Shown here: positions 1 through 12,643 of the stretch, piece by piece
How the letters are laid out: the number at the start of each line of letters is the position of its first letter
Position numbering within the stretch: position 1 is the stretch's first letter
NCBI GenBank assembly: GCA_023920165.1
Contig: CP089278.1
Coordinates: 1,736,001 to 1,800,000, forward strand
Reading direction: 5' to 3'
Origin: Curvularia clavata
Lineage: Eukaryota
DNA length: 64,000 nt
Position numbers and translations under genes: made by a program
Notes under the pieces: generated by a model
Seen by the model: the letters and a program-made list of their open reading frames with translations, nothing else
Told to the model about the DNA's origin: nothing
Database searches by the model: none

Positions 1-3000
1 TTCATGTTGACGAGCACTGCTTACAGGTGCCTGTGGATTTGGCTGACCCGCACCAAAGAATATCTCATCATGTCCCTTGTTGGGGCTTGGAGATGAGACC
101 CCACTTGCTGTGTTTAAGAAAGACATTGTTTTCCTATGCCTCAAGGAGAGAGGCTCCTCAGGCTGCCGCGATGGCGGGACGTAAGCTTTGTATTGCGACT
201 GCAATTGCTCCTCAGGACGAGATTGGATTGGTGTTTTGTTGGTGTCATCATCGACAGAGCTCGTTGGGGTCAGAATAGTGGTAGATTGCACAGAAGGCGC
301 TGTTTGAGGCTGCACTTGCATGCTCTCCATGATAGGAAATGTCGGCACTCGTGCTATGATGGGCCTTCCACCTGGACTATACTGATAGTCATCCTCGGAA
401 GCTACATCTGGCGGTACTTGTACTTTGAGATCCGGCCTCGCGCTAGAAGCGGTGGTATTAGATCCCGAGATTTGCTCAGGCTCCGCTGAAGCTACTGGCT
501 CTTCTACAGATGCTTGAGGTGGGGCGTCGAAGAACTCGATTCCTCTGACAGTAGACTCAGCTTTCATGAAAGCCTTGAATATTTTGATCTTTTCCTCGAC
601 CTCTGGCTCCATTGCTTCGCTACGAAGCATAGCAATGTATCTCTCTAACGAACCAGCATACCACGGATCAAGATCTGGGATAAGGTCTGCTGCAGTAGGC
701 TTTGGCGGCTCCTTTGCCTTCTCCACTTCCAGTTGGCGCCTGAGTTCAACAATGGTCCTATCGCGCTCTTCCAAGTTATGCTCTTTTCCTTCCATGTCTT
801 CTTTGAGTCTGTCGATAGTGAGACCCTTCTCTCTAGCAGCAGCTTCAGAATTAGTAGTAGCTTGGTCGGCAGTCAGCCTCATATTTTCGATTTGTGCTAA
901 CAGCACATCCCTCTCACTCGCTGCGTGGTTCTTCGCAATCTTGGTTTCGGATTCAAACTTCTCTCTGTCAGCCTTGAAAAGCTCAGACGTTGTGCGATGA
1001 CGCTCAATCTCCTGTTGTAATTCTGTTCGCAACTGGTCAATGATCTCGTCCTTTGCCTTAAGTTCTGCAGTAATGACTGGGCTAATAGGCTTGGAGACGT
1101 CCGCAGCACGGCTATGTGATTGCGTACTGACTGGGGCAGTCCACGGCTGCTGAATACTGACAGGCGATGGTTGCGATTCTCTATCAAAGCGATTTCGAGG
1201 ACTATGAGTGCGCTCTACGGGTTTAGGGGTTGTTCTTAATGGAGCCACAATCGCATCTTCCACAACGAAATCGTCCTGTGCAGGACGTGGGGAGCGCCGC
1301 TCACTAGGTTTCGCCACAGTGGTAGGCGGTGTGGGCATGTACGTTTCAGCCGATTCACTTGAGTCGGGATGTGCAGGATATACTGCGGGGCTTGGAAAGC
1401 CGTGTGTCGAAGGAGGTGACGGGACATGAGCTGGCAATTCAACGCTGTCCGGTTGCGCGACCTCAGTATTTCTACTCTCCGGCTTCGCACAAAACAAAGC
1501 CTCGTCATCGATCTCCTCTCCACCACCCAGATGTTCCCAGTCCGAAGGACCACCAACAGCTAAGGCACTGAACTTTGACTTGTCATCACGAGGCGGAGGT
1601 GGTGTCGGAATCTTCTGCGAAGAAGGCTTCGGAGACGACGTTCTGTCATTGACACGTTGCGCATAAAAGTTGTTGAGAGCAATGGAACTTATAGAATCGG
1701 TACGGTTATAGCTAGGTTGATGCCCTGGGGCAACACTGAGACTTGCTCGGCTAGACATGGGAGATACTGGTTGACTGGTTGGCCTGACTTCATAGGGATT
1801 TGACGGGGCTGGGTGAGATTGATGGAGAGAGTTCGATTCCTGAGTGGCTGGTTTTGTTGCGTTTGGATATTGCGGCTCGGAAACTGGATTTTGCAATTGT
1901 TGTGTTGCCTGTGCATTTTCGTAAGGTACTTGTGCAGCGTGATGATTGTACTCCGGTCCTGGCAGCGGCGGTGGTTGCCACTGGCTCGGGGGCTGAGCAG
2001 GCTGTGAGGGAGATTTTGCTTGCTGTTCATAAGGAGTCTGTCCATAATGCTGTGGTGGTTGCTGCGTGTACCCATGCTGCTGTAATGGAAAGTGAGTTGA
2101 TGCTTGCTGTAGTTGTGATTGTTGTGGTGGTGGGGGTGTGTGCGTCTGTGGTGGAGGGTACTGAGCATGTGCATGTTGCGTATAGTGATGGAACTGTTGC
2201 TGTTGATGTTGCTGAGCCTGTCCTGTTTGCTGGCCAGTGCGTGGAGGAAGAGGTGGCGGCTGCCCTGTTTGATACGTAGGCTGTGTAGTTTGGTTTCCTT
2301 GTGTATAAGTGTTTGGATCCACAGTTGGTCTCATATACGTGGACTGCGTCTCGTTTTGAGGCGGGACGTGTTGCCCCTGCTGCCATGTTGGTGCATGTTG
2401 CAGAGGAGCATGAATGCTGTTTGTTGAATTAGCGTTCGAGGCCCTATAATCATGTCCATGAACAGTGGGTGGGATATAAGCCGGCGGTTGTTCATTTGGA
2501 ATGTGATTTGCTTGGGCTTGAAAACCCACGGATGGAGTATTAGGGGTGGAGCCTGACTGGGTTGTGCCATACATCGAACTTGGTCTCCCTGTATGTGGTA
2601 ATGGCGGAGGCACATAAGGGTATGTATGTTGTGGAGTGCCTTGGGTAGGGTATCCTCCCTGCTGAGCTTGGGGTGTGAAACTGGTATTCTGCTGAGGCTG
2701 TTGGGACCAACTCTGCTGCTGCTGCTGGACCGCTGCCGCCAATCCGTATGGTTTCGGTGGGGGTGGGGGAGGCACATCCTGTTGTTGGATATACGACTGC
2801 CGCTGTCCTCCTGGCATCATCCCATATGTGACCGGGTTGTATCCTGCCATGGTCTGCGGCTGTGACTGATTCCACGGGTTCGGCGCTTGAGTTGGAGTGG
2901 GCGTAGGCGTAGTCCACGGACTGTGCGCCTGGGGAGGAACAGATTGGTATCCTTGTGATGCTAGGCGAGCATGCGTCAGTTCTCTTCATGTGTTTTGTCT

Positions 3001-3124
3001 ACATCCTCATACCTCCATAGCCTGGCGGTGGTGGTGGCACTGGTGGAGGCCCGCTCTGTTGGCCCGCGAAGCCCGCCGCACTTGCTGGCTGCTGGTAGCC
3101 TGGAGCTTGTCCGTAGTTCTGCAT
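1..3124 (-). CDS. Large Gln/Pro-rich protein of unknown function with a coiled-coil region (3' end lies beyond the window start)
   Basis: ATG at 3124 (MQNYGQAPGYQQPAS...PPPPPGYG); GTATGA..CTGAC..TAG intron 3012-2961. Exon 2 translates in one frame at the spots checked (2960-2700, about 690-520 'DLDPWYAGSLERYIAMLRSEA', 60-1). Probably absent from the ORF track because no stop falls inside the window. Confidence 0.8.
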
Positions 3125-3481
3125 CGCGCTGTCGTCACCGGAGCCGAGTTGTCCGACAAGCAGCTGAGGTGTCTGTGTATATTATTAGGCTCGCGACAAG
3201 CGTGGCACACAAAGGGGCGCACGGTAGGCACTGGCAATGAATCACAAAGGTAGCGGAAAACGATGAGATGGCATTACTGAGTCAGGTAGATACAAGAGAG
3301 CGACAACGACAGGTTCCTAAATCTGCGCTCCGCATGCGTGAGGCGCAAGGCTGCGTGCTAGAGTCTAGGTATGCGGAAAGTGGCATGGTGTACAGCCACG
3401 AAGCCCTGGGGGGCGGGGATGCTTTGGTTCGCCCATCTTCAGCCTTTCCACTTCGGGGCAGCATTCCTCCAGCCACGACGC

Positions 3482-4762
3482 TTAGCCACTCTTCTCACGC
3501 CTCTGTTGAGCGATGTGTGCAAGCACATACTCTACGTCCTTTGCAACCGCCATCAGTGTTTCTTTCTCCTGGACGCTCTTCGGCGCAATACGTGTCAGGC
3601 CCCCAGCCGTGCTCAGGGTCATCTATGTCGAGTCAGCGCCAGTTTCCCTTTGAGTTGTCCATGGAGCCTACCATGTCCCAGCGATGATTATTCGAGTCGC
3701 CAGTAGCGGGCGCTGGGCTAGCTGATGCTGCCTCCAGGCGCTCTAACGAGACATACTTGCCCTCCGTCAGCTTCTTTCCTTGATGCGACCGTTGTGCATC
3801 ACTTGGCTTGGAACCAGGATTCTCATGTCCCTGTGGAATCTGATAATTTCGCGAAGATCCTGTTTTCTTGACATAGCTTCTTTGCCCTATGATGCTGTCG
3901 TTGAATGTATCGTAGTCGATAGGAAGCTGCACCGTCGAGGATCGAGCCAGCTCAGAAGAGCTCTCGTTGTGGTTGCTTTGCGTCGTGACCACTAGCACAT
4001 GAAATACACGGTCCTGTAGAAAATCGTGACCAGCAACCTTTGGCATCTCATGGAACATCTGGAAGACTGCTGTACATAAGCGAAATTCTTGTGGTGACTC
4101 GAGTGTACGCAGCTCCCCCCTGATTTGAGTGACTGGCTCAACTTACTGGACATTTCCACACTATGAATTTTTCCCGCATGCTCGGATTCACCCAAAGCCT
4201 TGAGCAAGTCCGCTTGATCCCACGTCAAAAGCTCAACAGCATCAAAAACGCTCGGGGTATAAACAAATTCATTACGGCTGTGTTCTCGTGCAAGCAAATG
4301 TGCCAACTCTGAGAACTTGACATGTGCATCGCTATGGGCGGACGTCCTGGCTAGCCAGCGCTCTTGGTTGATGGTTAGGATACGCTTCTTGACCGAGACG
4401 GGCACTGGAATTGCTTGGCTGTTTCCCACAGCCCCGAATGGAGGCATCATCACATTTCCATCTTTGGGACTCCAGGTTCCACATTCTTTGACATTGTTGT
4501 CGAAATCAATTTGCTCAATTTCAGTAAAAAGGCTGTTGAAGAACTGGACCACGCTTATCCTATGGTCTGAAGCTGGGTTGTCGTACAAAGGATGATGAGG
4601 CAGATCAAATTTCTCTAGGCGCTTGAGGTCTAGGTATCGCCGTAGTGAATGTGACATGACTTTGGTAGCGGCGATGGGCGCATCAGCCCTCTCGGCAGGG
4701 TTCTGTGGAAGCTGAACGGGCTGGGATTGGACGGAATCCCCAGACGCGCTGGTGCGTTCCAT
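3482..4762 (-). CDS. DUF3074-like protein
   Basis: Three exons (4762-4147, 4066-3672, 3622-3482) with GTAAGT/GTAGGC donors and YAG acceptors. Motifs 'WLARTSAH..EHSRNEFVYTPSV', 'GKYVSLERL' and 'WDMMTLSTAGG' resemble fungal DUF3074 proteins (recognised from memory). Confidence 0.65.
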
Positions 4763-7286
4763 GGTGGGACTCTGGGCAGCGGAGCGGAGGTCTTGGATAT
4801 GCAGGATGCTGCAACAGGCAAGGTATGTGTTATACTACAGTCGCCTTGCAGCGTACACGCTGTGGACGCGCCTTCACCGCTCTAGAACACCGCCACACGA
4901 AGGATCATGTGACACGAGGAGCAGGTATTGTGACTGTCAGTAGAATCGAATCAGTCTAGCTCTTCCAAAACCCTCCCATACTGACCCGGGCAGGCCTTTG
5001 ACGCGTACACAACTAGGAGGGTTCGTAGCTGTTGTGGATGCCGAAGGTGGTACGATGCTTACCTAGTGGCAAGTGGGACGTATCTGCAAGACCTATGTGC
5101 TTGGACAGCTGACGAAGACTAACTCTGGAGTTGAAGCCGCGGCGCTTCAGACAGGAGACAGACTAGCGTATCTAGGAGCCGGAGATGATCGTGATTGGTC
5201 GATTCATTTGTGCAACTCCCGACAGCATACTGTTTTGAAGACACTAACAGACGCAAGCGAAATGTCAGAGCAGAAACGAAGGCACGGTTTGGGAAGTTCG
5301 ATTCGAAAACTGGGCTTGCAACGGCAACGGAGAAATGTACATAATGTTGCAAATACGTGTACGGTGCTCATGGGGCGACTAGGGTGTGAGTGTGAATGGC
5401 AGTACATTAGTTTACATGTCTTTCTACTGTTCTGGAGCTGTGTTTCGAGCATACTGCAACAAACAATGGAGCTCATAGAGTCCAAGGGCCCGGGTTGATT
5501 CGTTCCCTATTCGTTAGCTTTCCACATAGTAATTCCACGCACTCAAGTGCCGAAGTAAAGCAACCGAATCGGCCAGGATGCCGCCCTTGGCTGGTTGCAG
5601 TATGGCTGTTTTCTTATGTAAAGAAGACGCCATTAGAGCGCATAAATCTAGGGCGCACCACATGGCCTAGGATGCTGGTAGCCGAGAAGGAGGCTGATGC
5701 TCCGTGCCAGTAGGCTCCGCGGAGGCCAGGGGACTTAACGTGTACAGTGTGGATCCTCACTGAAGCTCCAGGAACGTTGCATGGCTTACATGCTCGTATC
5801 GCTCTTGCTGATCTAACCCCTCGTTCGGAAGAATTTTTGCGCTGCACGATTAGCCTGCAGAGGGCGTGCTGGTAGCTCTCGTCAAGTCGTGACACAACGA
5901 CATGACACTGGTCCACCACGCCGCCGAGTATCCTGGTCCAGAAGCGCCCATGCGCAGGCATGAGCGCGGACAAATGCCCATTAACATGGGAAACATGGCC
6001 GTTTGCCATGTTAGGCCAGATGCTAATGCTGGAATCAGCTGAGCATGTTCACTGCGTGCTTGTGGCGGGTGAAAGGGCCTGCATGCTGTCCATGACAGGG
6101 CGTTGAGTGGTCCGGGACAAGGAGCTTCAGTTGCCATTCGTCCATTTGCACTCGCTCGCCGATGCGATGATGGACGTTGGAGATGATTTGGTGCTTGGAT
6201 CTGAAAAGAGGGGCCGAAGGGTCTTGCTGTGCCGAAGATTCTGGTGTGGGTGGGGGGGAAGGGGAGGGGGGGCTTCTCTAGCGACGGACTTGATGGCGCA
6301 CTGTCGATCGCTACAACAGTATCGACGACGCCGACTAATGGTACTGGTTCCCGTCGACCACTGGGCCCAAAGCACCCCGGGGCTTCACATGACGCCCAGA
6401 CGCCTGATCCCTGTCAACGATCTTGGATCGGCATGCCGAATCTTCCATGTTGGCCCGCCTTGCAAACATGTGAAATCCGCTCCATTTGCCATGCTATTTT
6501 GCATGGCTGCAACATGCGCAAAATCAATCTCTCCATGCTTGCCAAGGTTACGCCACCACCTGAACCGCCCATCCGAGATGCGCCTCGCATAGCACGCTTT
6601 TGCCGTGGCAAAACCACCACATATCTAAGTCAATCTATTGCCATCTGCTCACCTCCTTTGTCACGCCATGTCGCTCGCTCGCTTGCCACAAAAAGGGCCA
6701 GACTGTTTCCACGCCGCTCCCGTGTCTCGCTCAGCCAATGCACCACGGGGTCGAAGCATTACGAGCCAAAACATTTGCATTTCATATGTACAAACTCCGC
6801 ACGCTTCTGCAGCTGCGTATGAACTAGTTGCGCATCCCTTTCCCTTTCGGTGGTATATTTCATCAAATTCCAAACTCCTGGGGCGCTACTAGCAGGTCCC
6901 AAATGACTTGCTTTCAGGCGGCTTTTCCTCCACATGTACGTATTGTCTCTTGTTCCAAACCGGTCCATCGGCCCAAACCTTACCCTTTAACGCGTGAGAT
7001 ACATCTTCCTCCCCCGGCATGCTTACTGAGTATCCAAAAGGCCAACTTGCTGCGTCTGGGGTATCTTCTTACAATATCAAATAACATAGGAAAACGTGAA
7101 GCGTCTCCGCTAATGGTTGCTTGGTCCATGTGCGAGGTGCCTGAATCAACTCCCAGCTTTACTGACTATGCAAGTCGTTGCCAGTTTTTTGTAATCGAAT
7201 CAAATCACAGAGCGCCTGCCGGGCCAGGCAACAGAGAACCCAGTATGTGTCGTGCGAATCGTGTGGCGTGGTCGCGAAATCAATAA

Positions 7287-9039
7287 TCAAGGTGATCCGG
7301 CGTTGTCGGCGGCCGTGACCTCATCTGCTACTCTCGCCGCTAACTCTCCTGCTCTTACCAGGACCGCAAGTGGGCCCTGTGTCCGATAGTCATTCGAATG
7401 GTGTGGATAATGTGCATGGGCTATGGGTCGATCTAGTGGCGAGGGCGAGGGTCCTATGCTGGGGATTGGCTGGGGAAGCATGCGCATTGTCTTGCTGGGA
7501 TCCGTGGGCAAGGCTTGTTCGGGAAAGCTCGGTGTAAGCATTCCTTGGCCACTATGGCTGCTCTCAGAAGACAGAGTCGTGTCCTCATGGCTTAGAGGCG
7601 GAAGACGTGTCATATCTCGTGCTGTCCTGCGAGAGGGATAATCGGTCGGCGCTTGATAATGTGATGAGTACGGATATGAAGGTGGTGGGGGTGTGGAGGA
7701 AGAAGAAGACTGGTGATTGTGATCCTGATTGAATGGAGGCTGTGCATATGGATTTGAATCGAACGGCACCCTCGGGTCTCGTATCGAGTCGTTCGCAGGC
7801 GGCTCAAAGACGCCGTCTCTCTGCATAACTGCGGAGCGTGGGGAGGCAGAGATCGGCGAGAATTGCTCGCCGGATCGAGGGGAATTGAAGCCAGAAAGCG
7901 AGCGATTCGTCGGTGACGTGGGTTTGGAGGCGTAGGTAGAAGCTGAATGAAGACGTGAGAGGCCAGCAGACTGGCTGGGATCAGACTTTTGCTGTGATAT
8001 CCCATTCACATCTGGCTGCGTCAAACTTGATCTTCTATTTGCTGCTTGGTCATTCTGCTCGTTGCTGCCCGCTCGCGTTGAAGTGGTCGTCTCTGTATCC
8101 AGTTTTGAACGCTTGCCTTCTGGACAGGTTAATATTCTATACCCTAGAGTATGTGACCCAGAGTACATACCTTTTGTCGGCACCGAGTGCTTTGCTTTGA
8201 AGTCTTCGAGGTATTTCTGGTATGCTTCGTATTGCGGTGTTTTCTTGTACTCGGCCAATTCTGCGTAATACTTTTCCTTGGCACCATTGGCTTGTCGTTC
8301 GCAGCCTTCGCGCTCTTCTGCTGGCAGGACTTGCCATCTCTCGCCGACCACCTTGGCAATCTCGGTGAAAGAAAGATCCTGTCCCTTCAGGGACTCTCTC
8401 ACCTCTGCGCTAGAGATTAGCTTTGATCTTGATGCGTCGAGCAAGTGGATGGACACTCACGATTGGAGAAGATGACATAAGCAGAAGGAGGACGTTCAGG
8501 CGCATGTTCGTCGGGCTGTATCAAGTTAGAAGATTCGTGGTGATGTGATTGCAGAAAAGGACGGAGGACAGACCTTTGGATGTCGTCGATACTTGCGTTT
8601 GGCGCCTGTTGTTCCCGACGAAGGAGTGCTTGATTCGGCTTGCTTAGTCTTGCTTTCTGGGCCCGAATCGTCACTTCGATACGAGCCTGTGGTGCTTCCT
8701 GCTCGGGGGAGGTTGATGGGAAGGGGCTTTTCGGATGACTGTCCGCGCGATTCGGCGATGGCCCGTTGGAGTTTCTAAACGACGATTAGCGTCAGTAAAC
8801 CATTGCAGCTACGTGCAGACAGGGCCAACATACCCGTCGATGACCAAGTTTGACGTTGAGGGAGCTCCTATGCCTTTGTAAGCAAGGGTCTGTCGACGAG
8901 TAAGCGGGCGGGGGGTAACGCACAGGTCGGATTCTGTGATGTCGAGCACCGTCTCCCAGGTGTCGAAGCCTTCGGCTGCGAATACTTGGTGGTACTGGGA
9001 CAGACCCAATCGCGCCAGACGGTCTTTCAGGTCGCTCAT
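7287..9039 (-). CDS. SAM-domain + HMG-box DNA-binding protein
   Basis: N-terminal SAM 'LARLGLSQYHQVFAAEGFDTWETVLDITESDL..LNVKLGHRRKLQRAI'; HMG box 'KYRRHPKPDEHAPERPPSAYVIFSN..LSFTEIAKVVGERWQVL..KEKYYAELAEYK'. Five canonical introns join these in frame; the tail is S/P-rich. Confidence 0.9.
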
Positions 9040-9819
9040 GTAGAAAGGCGTGGGGTGCGACCGTGTGAGTACTGTAGTGTAGCGACCGAGTCTTGGGGGG
9101 GAAGGGCGCGACGGTTAGAAGGATGGATAAGGGTGGAGTATTAGTCGACCTTTTTTTAGTGGTAGTGGTCGTGGTATGTGGATGGAGCGTGGCCGATAGA
9201 GGTCGGGTTATGGTATGGCGGGACTAGTGTACAGGGATGAAAAAGGAAATGCCCGCTCGTGCCTCTTGCGGCGTGATTGGTGCGGCAGCGGGGCGAGTGC
9301 GGCGGGTCGACTCGCAGGGAAAACGGAGGTCAGGGTCAAAGTGTTGCAGGGCGCAGCAGCGCAGAGAAGAGCAAGTGAAGAAGCAGTGATGGTCAACGAC
9401 TATTGCGCATGCCTAGGAGGAGGTGGAGCGCCAACGTTGGATTGGGGTAGGTGGGTCCCGGACCGATGCAGCAGAAATTCTGTAATTATGTGGTGATGGC
9501 GGCAGGTCGAGTCTCGGCTACTGTCGTCAGGGAGGGGAGCGGACGCAGCCTAGTATAGGCACGGCCAGAACAGCGGCCGACGAGAGTCAGTAAACGGCCG
9601 GGGCTCATTTGGCGCGTCCAGAGCTTGCTTGGTTGCGACGCGAACCACAGACGCAGAGAGGGTCCAGGTTGCGGTGAGAGTGGGCAGCTCCGGGAGAGGG
9701 CGGTGCAAGGCCCAATGGCGCGGGATACGACTAGCAGAGTAGACCAGGCGCACTCATGAAGGGCAATTGGCGTGGAACGGGCAGGTCGACGAGTTTGCAG
9801 GCGCGGCGGTGGCGGATGG

Positions 9820-9976
9820 GTGGTGGTAGTGGTGGGAGACGGGGAGCACGAGGCGGCGTCGTGGTGATAGTGGTAGTGGTGGTGGTGGTGGTGGTGTCGT
9901 GGGTGGCAGTAGGGTTGGCGATGGTCGTGGTCGTGGTCGTGGTAGGTGTCGTGGTCGTAGCAGCGGCGGCAGCAGG
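9820..9976. repeat. Imperfect (GTG/GTC)n trinucleotide microsatellite upstream of the SAM-HMG gene
   Basis: Runs such as ggtggtagtggtgg, gtggtggtggtggtggtg and gtcgtggtcgtggtcgtgg are visible directly. Confidence 0.85.
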
Positions 9977-12643
9977 CGACATGGAGAGAGGTAGGAGGGC
10001 AGAAAAAATGGAGCGGAAGGGAAGGGCTGCTGCCAGGGCCGCGATAGGGCAGCTGGTCGAGATCACAGCAGGCGATCGGCGGCCTTGACAGGAGTGGGAG
10101 CGTGAGCGGCGACAGGGGAGGGCAGAGGCAGCGAGGCCACGAGTGTCTTCTGTGCGCTTCCAGCCAGGCTGCCGACGCCTGCTTGCGGCATATCTTTTGC
10201 GCCTATGACGTGGGCAGCGAGCCCGCAGCGCGTAGAGCTGACGCTGCAGAGGCTACAAAACATGGCAGCCAGAACATAACGAAGCGCCGATACATTGGAA
10301 TAGGCCCGGTTCGCGGGAGGCCGGCATCATCGCATCGCATCCCATCATCCCTCCCTGCAAGACGCACTCCCTGCCTCGACACGGCCATGGACTCGCAGGA
10401 AGCATGCAATCGCTCTCGTTCTCGTTCTCGCCCTTGCCCTCGCCGCCAGCCTGACGTCGCGCTGCCATGTCCAGACACACCCTGCCGCTTCGTCATACTG
10501 CAGCACTGAATCGGCATCGACCACCCCCAGCCGCGGTCGTGTGCCGGCCATGCTGATTCGCCAGCCCTCGGCAGCATCGTTGCTCTGGCAAGCGGAGCTT
10601 GAGACGACATGGCCTGTCTGCTTTCCCCCCAAGCTAAGCCACCATAGGCACCATTCGATCTGCGATGCGACGCAGCAGCCCTTGACGGGAACTCTGGTAG
10701 CGGGGGGACACGAGCAGATCCAGACGTCTAACCCCCGGCTGCATCGGCGATGGCCAACGACGCTCCTCAGGCCACTGCCTTTGTGCCTTGGGGACGTGAT
10801 GCGCATTTTGGTGCCTTGCCGTCATCCGTCATGGCTCTTGTTGCACCGTTGCAGCTAGCCAGGTCGACGATCAACACGCGTGGCCAGGGGCGGAGAGGAG
10901 CTCTCGGCAACCAGCTCCGCTCTCTTACATACCTGTGCACCGCACCGTGGCATGACGGGCCTGTCGCTCGATTCGCCAGCCTGGCCAGCAACAGACTCGC
11001 TCGCAGACAAGGCGGGGCGGAACCTGTCTGGCTTGCCTGCATTGGTGCTAAGGCACCCTCCCAACGTCACGCACCAATATGAACCCACGCGCCCAACTGT
11101 CATAAGTCGAATTTCTTGCATAATGCTTGCACAGTAGCGGCCCATGGTAGACCAAAATCAGGCCTGGGCGTCGGGTCATGCTTGTGCTGGGACCCTGACC
11201 GATGTCATCAGCCACGCCTTGGATCTGCTCCACGGTGAACATCGCAGCCCTCGGCTACGGCGAGTGTGTGGCACCACCGGTGCCTTGCATATGTGTGTCT
11301 TGTGCGATATATCGTTGCTGCTGCCGTCACTTGCTGTACTGATAATGGTGGTGGTTGATGAGTGAGAATAGTCACGTGCCACGTCAAAGAAAGATTCGGA
11401 TCAATCTTGCATGCATATATCTATGCAACGCTCCCAAAGCAATGTGAACGGGTATACTCAAACTGTACTACTCTCTTACGAGCCCTCAGTGGATGCCTTT
11501 GAAATTTGGCGGCGGATGACTCCGGGCCAGTAACAACGGTCGGTAATGGTCGCCGTACATAGCAGGCCCCGCGTCGAGGGAAGCACATAAATAGAAGAGA
11601 CCGCAATGGAGCCGTTCACCATCATGTGCGCGGTAAAAGTGGGCAGCAGATCATGCACCTCTTCTCCATGCCGTCAACTCCCCCCCCCCCCCCTGGCACT
11701 ACTCGTTCTCTAGTACCGTCTGGCCATCTCCTCCGGGAACCATCTACAGCGATTAGCATGGGTCCATCCTAGTTTGGCTTGTTTCGTACCATGCAGATGT
11801 TATTGCCGTTGAGCAGAATCTTGGGCAGCTGGACATTTCCTTCTGCCGGGTCACTGGCCGTCCAAATTAGCTCAAGTCCATGGTGCGCAGACGACTGAGA
11901 GCATATACGCACATCTCTGTCACGTTCTCCAGGACCATGTCTATGCCGTGTCAGAATAGAAATCGCCGAAGCCTCGTCTGTGGTTTACTTACTGACGTAG
12001 TCGTCGAAACCAACAAGTTTGCCCGTGAATTCTGATTTTCGTCAGATTTTGATTTTTTTTTTCATTCACTCAATACGTTGCATTCGGGCACACCTTTTCC
12101 GCCATTCATAATAACCCAGATCTGTGAACCGACGCATTTGTCGATGAGTTCTGCAATAGTCAGCAGCTAGCATGCAGCCCTTATGGAATTGTTTTACCTA
12201 GGGGCAGGATGTTCTCGAGCGACATGGTGGTGTTATTTGGTGCCGGATGGTTGTGTGGTGTAGTGGTGATTGGGTTGCATATCTTGGCGGAGAGAGCCAT
12301 CTTGACAAAGAGGCGACGCGCTAGCCAACCAACCAACACAGCCGAACAGGGTCCCGTCCCCCGGCAGGCAACAGACGTGTTTTCCCCCCAATGCTGTGAG
12401 CCACGCTATTGCATGCAAAACATTGGTGCCTGGCGAGAGCACTACCATGGAGTGCCATGCTCCTCAAACGACGCGCCTCTTTGCTGAGCGCGTCACGTAC
12501 ATCTCGGCCTGGCTGCGATGAAGTCGCTCTGACTATCTCGCACACGGTAGACCATCATACACAGCGGTGCGGCCGAGTGCTCAACTCGATATGGCCCAGA
12601 GCTAACTCATAACAGCTATTCGCAACACCAAAGGCTGCTTCAC

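Noticed and set aside
9731..10088. Poly-Thr / poly-Val ORFs
   Set aside because: Translations of the (GTG/GTC)n microsatellite.
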